From the NCBI GenBank assembly GCA_043772715.1, contig JAYVFW010000193.1, forward strand, positions 1 to 45,825: DNA of 45,825 nucleotides. The letters run 5' to 3'. Below the pieces are notes generated by a model. The model did no database searches. It worked only from the letters and a program-made list of their open reading frames with translations, and had not been told where the DNA came from. Positions within the stretch are counted from its first letter, which is position 1. Each line of letters starts with the position of its first letter. A program made the translations under genes and the position numbers. The stretch is from Phormidesmis sp. GTDB lineage: Bacteria > Cyanobacteriota > Cyanobacteriia > Leptolyngbyales > Leptolyngbyaceae. Positions 1 to 10,100 of this stretch are shown piece by piece.

Positions 1-96
1 GTTAGACTTGGAGCCAACGTTGATTCAATCCCATCCCAACTACCAAGACCTATGCAACTACGGCGTTATCGCCGCTTGAATTTGTCCGGAGTATTG
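1..96 (+). mobile_element. Right end of an IS element (probably IS4 family): last 25 codons of the transposase plus terminal inverted repeat
   Basis: Frame 2..79 reads LDLEPTLIQSHPNYQDLCNYGVIAA*, which I recall as a cyanobacterial DDE transposase C-terminus. TTTGTCCGGAGTATTG at 81-96 is the exact reverse complement of CAATACTCCGGACAAA at 45732-45747. Confidence 0.8.
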
Positions 97-199
97 CTAG
101 AAGTAGCGTAGTTTAGAAGCAGTTCATTACTCCAAATGTTCTAGAAAGCGATCAAGAACTCAAAGTCTCAATGATTTTCTCGAATGGATGCTGTAGCTA

Positions 200-1153
200 T
201 TGATTTTGGGCGTTCTCACCGCAACGGCTCTGCTGGTTGTTCCTTTTTGGCTACTGCTGGACTCGCAAGCTTGGCAAGCAGCACTGATCAATGCACTGTG
301 GTGTTTGTTTAACTTGATTTTGGTGATTGCAGCTTGCCTTGTTGCCTTTGAGCAACCTCAATTAAGACAGTCTCATCGTCTACCCCGTAAGCTAACTGCG
401 ATTATTCACAGCAATAACCAAAGCTGGAAAGGTAAAACCGTTAATGTGAGCGAAACTGGGGCACAAATTCTGCTAGACGTTTGGCCCAACATTCCCGACG
501 AGGTTCAGATAGAACTGGTGGGTGACTATGGTGCGGGGGTGTTGCTGAATGCTCAGATCGTTCGCGCGATCGCCACAAGCCAACTGCAAACGTCGCTATC
601 GGTTAACTTCATCAATCCCAGCCGGACTCAGCTAGACGATTTAATTGTGGTGCTTTATTCAGATGTCAAGGAGTGGTATTCGCAAAATCGAGCAGAACGC
701 GACAACCCCATCACCTCACTCCGCTTTATTTCCACCAGTCTCCGACGGGTCTTCCAAGAGTTTCAACCAGAAGTTGGCGTGAAGGTTCGCAAACAGGTTC
801 AAGCGGTCGCGCAACTCTACTGGGAAGGTTGGGCAGGGCACTCTTACACGGCAACCATAACAGAAGTGGGTGTGCAGGATTTGCGATTAGAGATAGACCA
901 TATGCTAGTGCTCGATCGAGAAATGGTGCAGCAGACAAAACCTTTGATTAGTCTCTTGGTGGCAGGTAAAGACCATGCCCCTCAAAGTTTGCTGGCTCAA
1001 GTTCAAGCGGTTGAGATACTGTTCAATTCTGCTGCCCGCTCAACATTGTCAGAAGAAACAACCCAACGATTTGCGATCGAGCTAACGTTTCCAGAATCTT
1101 TGCATCGGCAACAGCAAGGCAAGATCAAACAACTATTGGGAAGTGTAAATTAG
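200..1153 (+). pseudogene. 5'-truncated cellulose synthase-like (BcsA/GT2-type) gene: last TM helices and PilZ region only
   Basis: TM segment INALWCLFNLILVIAACLVAFEQPQLR followed by PilZ motifs RxxxR (RQSHR) and NxSxxG (NVSETG), plus a second degenerate PilZ-like domain. No GT2 catalytic domain; in-frame TAG at 194-196 directly upstream. Confidence 0.75.
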
Positions 1154-1230
1154 TTTGTGTCAAGGGTCAAAATTAGAGCGGAAATCGCTCTTCATACAGA
1201 ATCTTGAAACTGCTCTCAGGGTTTACAGAA

Positions 1231-2262
1231 TTAGGGCGACTCTTCTAAGTGTTCTATCTCTTGGCGTTTCTGCTCTAAAAGTGTTGAGAGACTGCTAATG
1301 GTTTCTCTGAGCTGGCGACGTTGTTCAGAAGAAAGGTTTTGAATCGACTTTACATTAGTGGCTTCTACCTGGGTTCTTAGCTTTTCCATCTTGGTAATCA
1401 AGGTGCGAGAAGCAACTGGGCGAAGTCGATATTTGAGTTCGGAGAGGGATAATCTTTGCTCAATGGTCTCGGTCAGCAGGGTTTGCCGGGTGGCTTTGTC
1501 TTCAATTCTGCCAAGCTCGATCGCTTTGGTATAAGCTAATTCGCCTGCACTATAGGCTTCAAGGACGTTATCTGGCAGGTTCAGTAAAGGAAGACGGGAG
1601 GTGATAAAAGTCATGATGCTGAGGTCGGGGGCAACTTCCTCGAAGGTAGATTCGATCGTCGTTCGGAGATTTTCGGCGATCGTAGAGGTTCCTTCGATGG
1701 CATTTTTCAGACGGTAAAGAATCGAGATCGTCTGAGAACGATTTTTCTGTAGTGTGAGGGTCAGGAGATAAAGCAATTCTTCTGTATCGTCAAGGGCGTT
1801 CAGGTTGCGGCGACGCGCGTTTTCAACTCGCGAAAGCTTAACTGCGGTAACGTCATCGGTTTCAACGATATCGACTGAAATTTTGGTTAAGCCTGCGGCG
1901 ATCGCGGCATCTAAGCGAGTTTCGCCAGCGATCAGGCGCAGTTGATGATTGGGGAGTTTTTGCACCCAGATTGAGCCGCGAAATCCATAGGTTTTAATGC
2001 TGTGAACAAGCTCGTTAAACGCTTGAGGATCTCGTTCTTGGCGCGATCGATAGGGTCGGCGAAGAATTTGCGCGATCGCAACGGTGGCTTGAGAGATGGA
2101 TTCTTTTGCAATTTGAGATTGAATTTGCTGGCGTTCTAGGTCGAGTTCTTGTTCAAGTGTGGTGATTCGTTCGTGCGCTTTAGTCAGTTCTTGCTGGGTC
2201 TGCAAGGCTTTGGAGCTGGTGGAAAGAAAAGAAGAGACGCTGGGACGTGATTTACTAGACAT
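1231..2262 (-). CDS. parB: ParB/RepB/Spo0J family partition protein
   Basis: ELVHSIKTYG...LIAGETRLDAA (GxRR-like box), ENARRRNLNALD, N-terminal coiled coil; directly downstream of parA. Confidence 0.9.
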   Translation of the reverse strand: MSSKSRPSVSSFLSTSSKALQTQQELTKAHERITTLEQELDLERQQIQSQIAKESISQATVAIAQILRRPYRSRQERDPQAFNELVHSIKTYGFRGSIWVQKLPNHQLRLIAGETRLDAAIAAGLTKISVDIVETDDVTAVKLSRVENARRRNLNALDDTEELLYLLTLTLQKNRSQTISILYRLKNAIEGTSTIAENLRTTIESTFEEVAPDLSIMTFITSRLPLLNLPDNVLEAYSAGELAYTKAIELGRIEDKATRQTLLTETIEQRLSLSELKYRLRPVASRTLITKMEKLRTQVEATNVKSIQNLSSEQRRQLRETISSLSTLLEQKRQEIEHLEESP

Positions 2263-2290
2263 AGGGTTTGAGTTAGAAAATAGTTTGAGT

Positions 2291-2308
2291 TAGAAGAGCG
2301 ATCTTCTA
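2291..2308. promoter_or_regulatory. Palindrome copy 1, TAGAAGAGCGATCTTCTA (candidate parS/operator)
   Basis: One mismatch from the perfect palindromes at 3187 and 3274; lies in the parA-parB intergenic gap. Confidence 0.6.
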
Positions 2309-2330
2309 GAGCAACATTGATGGCTTGAGG

Positions 2331-3152
2331 CTATTTTGCGGTCAGGGCTTTTTGCAGCGGTTTGATGATTGGATCGAAGTCATGACAGGCTTCGTGGCGA
2401 GGTCGATATACATAGAGGGGGGCACGTCCTCGATTGGCGGCGTTTTCAAATTCGGCGCTATAGCGGATGCCAGGAAAGCAGAATACGTCTTGAGAGGCGA
2501 GGGCAGCTTTGGTTTCGGTGTAAAAAGCTTGCTGGTCAGAGTTGCTGGCGACGCGCATAGGAACGCCTCCCAGTAGGGTAGGGCTGGGGTCGAGATCGAG
2601 AGCTTCGGCTTCTGCACGTATCCATTGCAACAGAAAATCGACTCCAGACATTTTGACGGACATGGGAAGGGGGATGAGAATGTGAGTAGCGACAGCGAGA
2701 GCCGTATAGCTCAAGACATCGAGGGAGGCAGGGGAGTCAAGGATAATCAGGTCGTAGGGGAGCGGATATTTTTTGAAGGCGCGTTTAAGAATCAGTTCGC
2801 GTCCAGCGCGGGTGGGAAGGTCGAGGGCGACAGAAAGCATAACATCCCCGCCGAGACAAAGGTCAAATTTACCTTTAGGGTTGCCCCATTCAGGCGTATG
2901 AATCGGGTAGCTGCCAGCAAAGTTACGATCGAACAAGCTAGCGGTGGTGTCAATTGGATCGCGATCGGGAGATAACCCACAGAATCGGGCGAGAGAGCCG
3001 TTAGTGTCGAGGTCGATAAAGAGGATGTTATGACCGAGTTGGGCAAGTCGATAGCCAATGTGGATGCCGAGAGTCGTTTTACCGACTCCTCCTGCATTGG
3101 CTGCGATCCACAAAACGAGCTGCTGGGAGGCTTTTGGGGTGATTTTGGTCAT
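2331..3152 (-). CDS. parA: ParA family partition ATPase
   Basis: Deviant Walker A AGGVGKTT, LFIDLDTNGSL, Walker B YDLIILDSP. Confidence 0.93.
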   Translation of the reverse strand: MTKITPKASQQLVLWIAANAGGVGKTTLGIHIGYRLAQLGHNILFIDLDTNGSLARFCGLSPDRDPIDTTASLFDRNFAGSYPIHTPEWGNPKGKFDLCLGGDVMLSVALDLPTRAGRELILKRAFKKYPLPYDLIILDSPASLDVLSYTALAVATHILIPLPMSVKMSGVDFLLQWIRAEAEALDLDPSPTLLGGVPMRVASNSDQQAFYTETKAALASQDVFCFPGIRYSAEFENAANRGRAPLYVYRPRHEACHDFDPIIKPLQKALTAK

Positions 3153-3186
3153 TCTCAGACTGATGAGATTTTCGGTGATTTTGACG

Positions 3187-3291
3187 TTAGAAGATCGATC
3201 TTCTAATCTGTTTTCAAGCGATACTTGAATAAAATACAGCCTAACTTGATTGTCTGAGCATTGATTTTAAAGCTAGAAGATCGATCTTCTA
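3187..3291. promoter_or_regulatory. Palindrome copies 2 and 3 (TTAGAAGATCGATCTTCTAA 3187-3206; TAGAAGATCGATCTTCTA 3274-3291) upstream of parA
   Basis: Perfect 20-bp and 18-bp palindromes read directly; position is typical of parS or autoregulatory sites. Confidence 0.65.
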
Positions 3292-3356
3292 AAAAGGTTG
3301 CGATCGTCAGCTTAGAAAAATTTGGGATTAGCGATTCCATGAAGTCGCTTGAGGCG

Positions 3357-5051
3357 TTAAAGATTAAGTAGCTCTCTCAAGCTGGCTGCAATTTCTGGAG
3401 TGGGTTCTCGTCTTCCTGACTCAATGTGAGAAATGAGTTGCTGAGAAATGTTTAGTAGCCCTGCTAGCTTTGCTTGGCTCCATCTCCGACTTTTGCGAGC
3501 AGATCGAACCTGGTCGCCTGTGAGCAGTTGCGTATTTAAGGAAAGCGCTACCGTTAGCTTTTGCGGTGCTAATTGTGGTTTAGGTCGGCTCTGCCGGGTG
3601 AGCCGACTAGATTGCACTTTTGATAGCAATTCTGGAACGGGGTCAGGAGGACGAATAGTGAATTTGCTTTCTAGCAAGACGTTTAGATAGCCTTTGGGTT
3701 TGCGAACTTGGCTATCTGGTCTGAGCGTTTCGGGGTAGTTTTCACCAAACTGAATCGACCAACCCAGCTTAAGTAGGGTCTTGAGGGCTTCGTTCCATTG
3801 ATCCGTTAAGTCGCGGGCTTTGTCACGATCGTGTTGAGCCTGAACGATTTTGTCTTCATACCCCACTAAAACCGACTCTAGTAAAGTTCTGACTCGATAC
3901 TCGCCTGACTGATGAATTCTGCTTTCTACGGTGAGATGAATCGCTAACCGTAAGGCAAGTTCATTATGGTAGGGGTCGATCGTCAGAACGCTTTGAGCGA
4001 GATACCCAAACTGATAAAGGGCATCTCTGGCTTTTGCGCCGCCCCGATTAAGGAAACTTTTTGTCCACAACCCAGGTTGAACTTGAAGCTCGACTTTTTG
4101 AACGTCTTCCAGTTCGTCAGACAAGAGATTTTTCTGACCGGTGGCGCTAATGGCGATATTCCACATCCGGGAGGTTTGCACAGTCACTTGCATTCCGCCT
4201 TTAGTCGGTAGACCTTCTTTCCATTCAACTTTGACTAGCAAGCAGTCTAAAGCAAAGGCGCAACTGGCTAGCTCAGAAAGCTTTTTGCTTAATGAAATGT
4301 CTTTACGGTTATTCCAACCGAGATCTTTGATCAAATCCTCGCCAGCGAGAGCAAAGGTTCCATTCCAAGGTTCTGGCTGGTTCATGGCGTGAGCCGCAAG
4401 GATCAGTTGCAGCTTGACGGTGTTAAAGCCGAATTGATTGATGATTTTTTCAGCGGCATCCCAAGGCAGCAGGGTGACATCTCCGGGGCTGGAAATGTAA
4501 TGCTCAATGTAGTTTTGAGGATTGCTTTTTGAAACCTTTTCAAAGACTGGAATGCCATCGCGATCGCGCCACAAATCACGACGCATTTGAGAGGCTAGAG
4601 AGCTAATGATCGGCGCACTAGTAGGCATCGAATGCACTGATTTAACGCGAAAAAGCTCACCCGCTTTAGGCGTGCTGACGATCGTAGCGGCGGAGACTTT
4701 TTCGAGCTGATGATTCAGGGAAGCGATGTTCTTTTTAATGCTTTTAACTTGTTTGACGATTAGGGCAGAGCGCTCTTTGAATTCAGGCGACTGCTCTAAA
4801 GATTGAAAGCGCTTAAAAACTTCATTGATCAGAGATTTCGCAGCTTCTAATTGCGTTTTGCACCGTTTAAAGTCGTTACTCAGATTTAAGTCAGCAGAAT
4901 TTTTGACTTTGAGAAGCATGATCAGACAAATTTCTGCTTTCTCGATCCAATCAGAGACTTTAGGAATGTCGGTGTTCCAAAGCTCTATAAATTGCTCCCA
5001 ATCTGATGAGGCAGGCGATGATTGAGACTCTGTAGATTTGTGTATCGTCAT
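3357..5051 (-). CDS. Cyanobacterial DNA-binding protein with C-terminal XRE-type HTH; possible plasmid replication initiator
   Basis: 564 aa; C-terminal VRSARKSRRWSQAKLAGLLNISQQLISHIESGRR is an XRE HTH. Core (LYQFGYLAQ..L.IDPYH.ELALRLA) recalled from cyanobacterial HTH proteins. Co-oriented upstream of parAB; the Rep role is inference. Confidence 0.65.
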   Translation of the reverse strand: MTIHKSTESQSSPASSDWEQFIELWNTDIPKVSDWIEKAEICLIMLLKVKNSADLNLSNDFKRCKTQLEAAKSLINEVFKRFQSLEQSPEFKERSALIVKQVKSIKKNIASLNHQLEKVSAATIVSTPKAGELFRVKSVHSMPTSAPIISSLASQMRRDLWRDRDGIPVFEKVSKSNPQNYIEHYISSPGDVTLLPWDAAEKIINQFGFNTVKLQLILAAHAMNQPEPWNGTFALAGEDLIKDLGWNNRKDISLSKKLSELASCAFALDCLLVKVEWKEGLPTKGGMQVTVQTSRMWNIAISATGQKNLLSDELEDVQKVELQVQPGLWTKSFLNRGGAKARDALYQFGYLAQSVLTIDPYHNELALRLAIHLTVESRIHQSGEYRVRTLLESVLVGYEDKIVQAQHDRDKARDLTDQWNEALKTLLKLGWSIQFGENYPETLRPDSQVRKPKGYLNVLLESKFTIRPPDPVPELLSKVQSSRLTRQSRPKPQLAPQKLTVALSLNTQLLTGDQVRSARKSRRWSQAKLAGLLNISQQLISHIESGRREPTPEIAASLRELLNL

Positions 5052-5249
5052 GGCGATCTCGCTTACCCTCCAAACCCAAGAGTTTGTTCATGAGAGACGG
5101 TAAATTGTCTGTAGCTTAACGCTACCAAAATTTGCCATCTCTTTTCGGGAAAATTGTGATACTTACCAGATATAGTTTGAGAGGTTCTTGACCCACCGCA
5201 ACAAAGCGTGAGGGGGCATCGAATCACTAGAGTTTGCTAGGAGAAATAA

Positions 5250-5861
5250 ATGAGTCTTTATGAAAGGAGAATCTTGCCCTACCTACTTGACTTAGCCCTT
5301 TCTTCTCCCGATTTAGCAAAGCATCGCCGCGAAATTTTGGCAGAAGTGACCGGAGAGGTTCTAGAAATTGGGTTCGGAACGGGTTTAAATTTGTCTTATT
5401 ACCCGGAACAAATTCACAAAATTGTGACCGTTGATCCAAATCCTGGAATTCACACGATCGCTCAAAAGCGCATTGCGTCTTCTCCAATCACGGTTGAACA
5501 TCATTTCCTGAGCGGTGAGCATTTACCAATGGCAGATGAGTCATTTGATAGCGTTGTGAGTACCTTCACGCTTTGTAGTATTTCAAATGTTAAACAAGCT
5601 CTGGCTGAGATTTACAGAGTTTTGAAGCCAGGAGGACGTTACTTTTTTATTGAGCATGGTTTGAGTTCTGAACCAGATGTTCAAGTGTGGCAGAATCGGT
5701 TAACTCCCATCCAAAAAAGAATTGCAGGAGGCTGTCATTTCAACCGAAACATTAAGCGATTAGTTGAGGAGCAATTCGATAGGGTAACTTTAACCGAGTT
5801 GTATGCAGAAAATTCGCCCAAAGTAGCCGCATATTTGTACAAGGGCATGGCAACAAAGTGA
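5250..5861 (+). CDS. Class I SAM-dependent methyltransferase
   Basis: VLEIGFGTGLN, LPMADESFDSVVSTFTLCS, YRVLKPGGR; RBS AGGAG upstream. Confidence 0.92.
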   Translation: MSLYERRILPYLLDLALSSPDLAKHRREILAEVTGEVLEIGFGTGLNLSYYPEQIHKIVTVDPNPGIHTIAQKRIASSPITVEHHFLSGEHLPMADESFDSVVSTFTLCSISNVKQALAEIYRVLKPGGRYFFIEHGLSSEPDVQVWQNRLTPIQKRIAGGCHFNRNIKRLVEEQFDRVTLTELYAENSPKVAAYLYKGMATK

Positions 5862-5892
5862 GGGCATCTATTCAAAACTTCACACTCTGTTC

Positions 5893-5924
5893 TTGACTCT
5901 CCAGCAGACTGGACGGTGCAAAAT
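5893..5924 (+). promoter_or_regulatory. MerR-family (metal-responsive) promoter/operator
   Basis: -35 TTGACT (5893-5898), 20-bp spacer containing the dyad TCCAG-N4-CTGGA, -10-like CAAAAT (5919-5924), directly upstream of a CopM-like gene. Confidence 0.7.
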
Positions 5925-5955
5925 GAGAGGTGTAACCACATTTTATAAATCAACT

Positions 5956-6648
5956 ATGAATCGTTTCATGCTTAGAACGGGTTTATTGGGATTCTCACTG
6001 GGTGCCATCATGGCGATCGGTGGGCTGACTGCTTGCTCAAATTCGGCTCAAAATTCAACGACAACGGGTTCTCCAACAACGGGTTCTCCAATGTCAGGAA
6101 CGGATTACGGCAATATGCAGGGCATGAATCATGGCAGCATGATGATGGATTTAGGTCCTGCCGATGCCGATTTTGATTTGCGCTTCATTGATGCCATGAC
6201 TCCCCACCATCAGGGAGCTGTCGAGATGGCAAAAGAAGCCCAACAAAAATCGAAGCGTCCTGAAATTAAAAAACTGGCAGCCGACATCATCAAGTCACAA
6301 GATCGAGAAATTGCTCAGATGAAGCAATGGCGGCAAGCATGGTATCCCAAAGCAGAAAAGACCCCAATGGCGTATGACTCCAAAATGGGGAAAATGATGC
6401 CGATGTCGTCTGATCAGATGAACGGCATGATGATGAATATGAATTTAGGGGCTGCTGATAATCAGTTCGATTTGCGCTTTATTAATGCAATGATTCCGCA
6501 CCACAAAAGCGCAGTCGTGATGGCAAAAGATGCGTTGAGCAAGTCTAATCGTCCTGAAATTAAACAACTTGCTCAAGATATTGTCTCTTCTCAGCAAGCA
6601 GAAATCGCTCAGATGGAGCAGTGGAAAAAAGCCTGGTACAACCAATAG
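5956..6648 (+). CDS. DUF305 / CopM-like Met/His-rich copper-binding lipoprotein
   Basis: Lipobox LTAC, two DUF305 repeats (FDLRFIDAMTPHHQGAVEMA; FDLRFINAMIPHHKSAVVMA) and Met-rich linkers. Start moved to ATG 5956 because the longer ORF overlaps the promoter. Confidence 0.9.
   Translation: MNRFMLRTGLLGFSLGAIMAIGGLTACSNSAQNSTTTGSPTTGSPMSGTDYGNMQGMNHGSMMMDLGPADADFDLRFIDAMTPHHQGAVEMAKEAQQKSKRPEIKKLAADIIKSQDREIAQMKQWRQAWYPKAEKTPMAYDSKMGKMMPMSSDQMNGMMMNMNLGAADNQFDLRFINAMIPHHKSAVVMAKDALSKSNRPEIKQLAQDIVSSQQAEIAQMEQWKKAWYNQ
6061..6090 (+). repeat. 15-bp tandem repeat x2 (ACAACGGGTTCTCCA; TTGSP) in the lipoprotein linker
   Basis: Read directly. Confidence 0.9.
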
Positions 6649-6809
6649 GTCGATCGAGGGTTCGACTTCGCGTTGATTGATAGTGAACGACTTCATCATC
6701 AAGGAATTTCTGATAGCTTTTGCCCCTTCCACCGCTAAAACGTGTAGTAAAAAAATTAGTTCAAAAAATAGACCTTAAAGCCATACAGTGCATGGCTTTA
6801 ACCGTTACT

Positions 6810-6859
6810 ACAAACTGCCCGTATCGTCCCACAATCCGCCCGTATCGTCCCACAAACTG
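6810..6859. repeat. 21-bp tandem repeat (about 2.4 copies) in candidate replication origin
   Basis: ACAAACTGCCCGTATCGTCCC / ACAATCCGCCCGTATCGTCCC / ACAAACTG, flanked by inverted repeats and A-tracts. Confidence 0.8.
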
Positions 6860-7104
6860 ATTTTAAGAACCTATACAGGGCAAAGGTTTCAGCGATTTTA
6901 CTACACCCTGATTAGTATTAAGTATTTCTTAAGCACTCGAAAAACGGCTTCAAAAAAATCTGTCAAAATCTGGCATCCATTTTCCTCTAGGGAGATAGAA
7001 CGCCTCATGCCAGGTCTTCACTTAGATTTTTTAGGTTGCCAGCTTCCCAACGATCGCAGTTCAGCAAAAAATGCTAATTCCTGCCTTGCGATTCGAGGTG
7101 CCCA

Positions 7105-10100
7105 ATGAGCGATTTCACCTCGACCCGCCGCAAAAATCCCTGCCAGATCTGCGGTGATATCAAAGGTAAGTGCAGAGAAACATCGCGCATTTGGCTCTGT
7201 ATGACCTTTGCAGATGCCCTTCAGCCTGTTCAGGGGTTCGACTTCATTGGGCAAACCAAAGACGGTCTGTGGGGCAAATGGGTTGAAGCGAGCGATATCA
7301 GTTGGACTGACCAGGAGCGCGATCGCTGGCGACAAGAGCAAAGCCTTAAACGCCAACAGCGCAACGACGCAGAAGCGCAACGACGGGCAGCGTCACTGGA
7401 CGCTAGAGAACGCGATCGCTATAACCGTCAGATTCTCAACTCACTCACCCTTCACCCCAGCGATCGCGCCAACCTTCACCAGCGAGGTCTCTCAGACGAG
7501 CAAGTGACAAAGTGGGGCGTTAAGTCCGTTGAGCAATGGCAAAAGCTAGAACACGAGCTTCCCTACACACTTCCGGGTATCAGTCTGACTGGAGACTCGT
7601 TAAACGTTCCTGGCGCTGGTTATCTCTGCCCCATTCCAGATGTTGAAGGATTTTTAGTTGGGTTTCAAATTCGCCTTCGCGACGGCGACCTCCGCTATCT
7701 CTGGCTGACTGGTGCGACTAAAAAGCGCCCAAATGGTCCGACACCCCACTTGCCCAATGGTGAACTCCCCCTGGCAGTTCATCGCCCAGAGCAAGTCGTT
7801 AGACGAACGATCGCCCTAGTTGAAGGGGTCGGAGCTAAACCATTCATCACGGCTGAACGACAAGGACAAGTGACGATCGGGGCAGCAGGCGGACAGTTTG
7901 CCAGCAGTCCAAAAACCCTCAAAGCATCCCTTGACCGTCTTGCGAGTGAGTTAGACACGAAAACAATTGACTTTTACCCAGACGCTGGCGCAATTCACAA
8001 CCATCATGTGATGCGGCAATATCGCGCCACTTGGAAGCTGTTGCGAAGGGGGGGCTATGAGGTTCGAGTCGCCTGGTGGGGGCAAGAAACCAAAGCAGCA
8101 TCAGACATCGACGAGCTAGAGGATTTAAGCGCGATCGTTTGGCTCACGACCGCTCAAGTTGAGGCAATGGCTCATCCCCGCCTGGATTGGTTAGAGCAAA
8201 TTAAAAAAAGGCTTCAACAAAAATCAACCCCTATGGACTCCGCAGCCGCACTTCGCGTCACGCTGGATGAGAGTCAAATTCATGAGTATGCCATCGGCGA
8301 TCGGCTCTCAGCTTGGAAAACCGCGATCGCGCAAGGATATCGGTACGTTTTGGATAGCTCACCTCCAGGCGGCGGAAAATCTTATGATGCTGGCGATGTC
8401 AAACCTGAAATGTTTGCAGCAAAACAAATCATTTACCTGTCCGATCAGCACCGCAACCCCACAGTCGAAACCCTGGACAGTGCCAATGGCTGGGTTGACT
8501 TAGAAGCTCGACACGGAGGATTAACCCGAGAAACCACCCCTGGCGGAGGAACTCGGCTGCGGCGATCAGGCAAAGGAGATGCTCCCAGCGTTGCTGCAAA
8601 CTGCAACCGCAATCAAGTCATCGCCACGCTGCGAGCCAAGCACGTCAACGGCGCAGATACAGCCGCCACAATCTGTAGCACTTGCCCCTTACGCGAACCC
8701 TGTAGCCACTCAGAAGGCTCCGGCTATGGATTCCTCAATCAGCGGCGATCGGCGCTCTTATCGACCAACCTACGCGCCCATCTAGACAGCTTGCCCCATT
8801 CAAAAGATTACTCGCTGGCAGACACCGTTTTGTTGATAGATGAGCCGGGGCAAACCTTTCAAAGCAAGCAGAATCTTCTAGTGACGCTGAGTGATTTAGA
8901 GCAGACAATTCTAAAACTCGTAGGGCATTCTCAGCTTTTTGAGGCGGTGCAGTCGCTCCTTGTCGCATTGATCCCTTACCTCGACAAGTCTGAGAAGATC
9001 GGTAGATTTGGAATTAGCCACCCCCAACTGATGCAAAAATTGCCCAGTCCGATCGTGGATCTCGAAGCCCTCAATCAAGTCCTCAGCCCTGATCTCAGCT
9101 TTCTCAACACGACCGCAGAACACGGCGTTGATTTAGCCGATTTACCGCGGCAACTGAGAAAGAAATTCTCAGAACGAGATGCCCAAACCGCAGAACAAGC
9201 AGAAGAACGAGTGGTCAAACAGTGGCTTCCTGATTTCGTTCGCGTCTTAAAGGGGCAAATTCCAGGTGCATCCATGCGCGTCGGCTATCAAGGACTGATG
9301 CTCACGCTGCCTGATCATCGTTCGCGCGCGATCGCTCAAGCTGCCAAAGCCGTCATCTTCTTAGATGGCACTCTCCACCCTCTGGATCTGGCTCTTAAAC
9401 TGGACTGCAAGCCCCAAGAAATCTCTGTGTGTCGGCAAATCACGCCCAAACTGCAAAATCTCAAGCTGACTCAAGTGACTGATTTAGGACGCATGGGAAT
9501 GCAGCGAGGGGCAGATCAGCAGAAGCGGGCAGCCGCGATCGTGGCTCACTACCTTCAAGCAGACCCAGCGACAAAAGTGATTGACTTCAAGAAATTTGTA
9601 GAGAACGGCATGGGAGCTTGGTGGCGTGATAGCCGAGGAACGAATGACTTCGAGCAGATCAACAAGCTGATTTTGATAGGTACGCCTTGCCGTAATTTGG
9701 CAGATCTTCAGGCAGAATACGCCGTCTTGATGAGAGCTTACCCCGACGAAAACGATCGCAGCTTTAAGGCTTTTACCGATCGAGCAATTTTGGCAGACAT
9801 TCACCAAGCAATTGGACGGCTGCGGGCACATCGACGACCTAATGAATCTTTAGAGATCATTTTTCTCAGCAACTTCCCGTTGGATGTTCCTACCTGCAAA
9901 GTGAAGGCGATAGAGATTACGTTAGAAGCCGCAACAAAATGGGAGCGATTTGTTTTAGCCGTTGAAGCAGCGATCGCATCATTAAATGCAGCAGGCAAAA
10001 AGGTTACACAGTCAGCGATCGCAGCGATTTCAGGCTATCGGCAACAGTATCTCTCACGTCATTGGGTATTACTACAAACGCTGTTAGAACTCTCCAATAG

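Noticed and set aside
6810-6859. Repeats as a mini CRISPR array
   Set aside because: The units are contiguous with no spacers, and there are no cas genes.
6788-7380. ORFs 6788-7108 and 7018-7380
   Set aside because: They overlap the repeat/origin region or the primase gene on the opposite strand and have no recognisable motifs.
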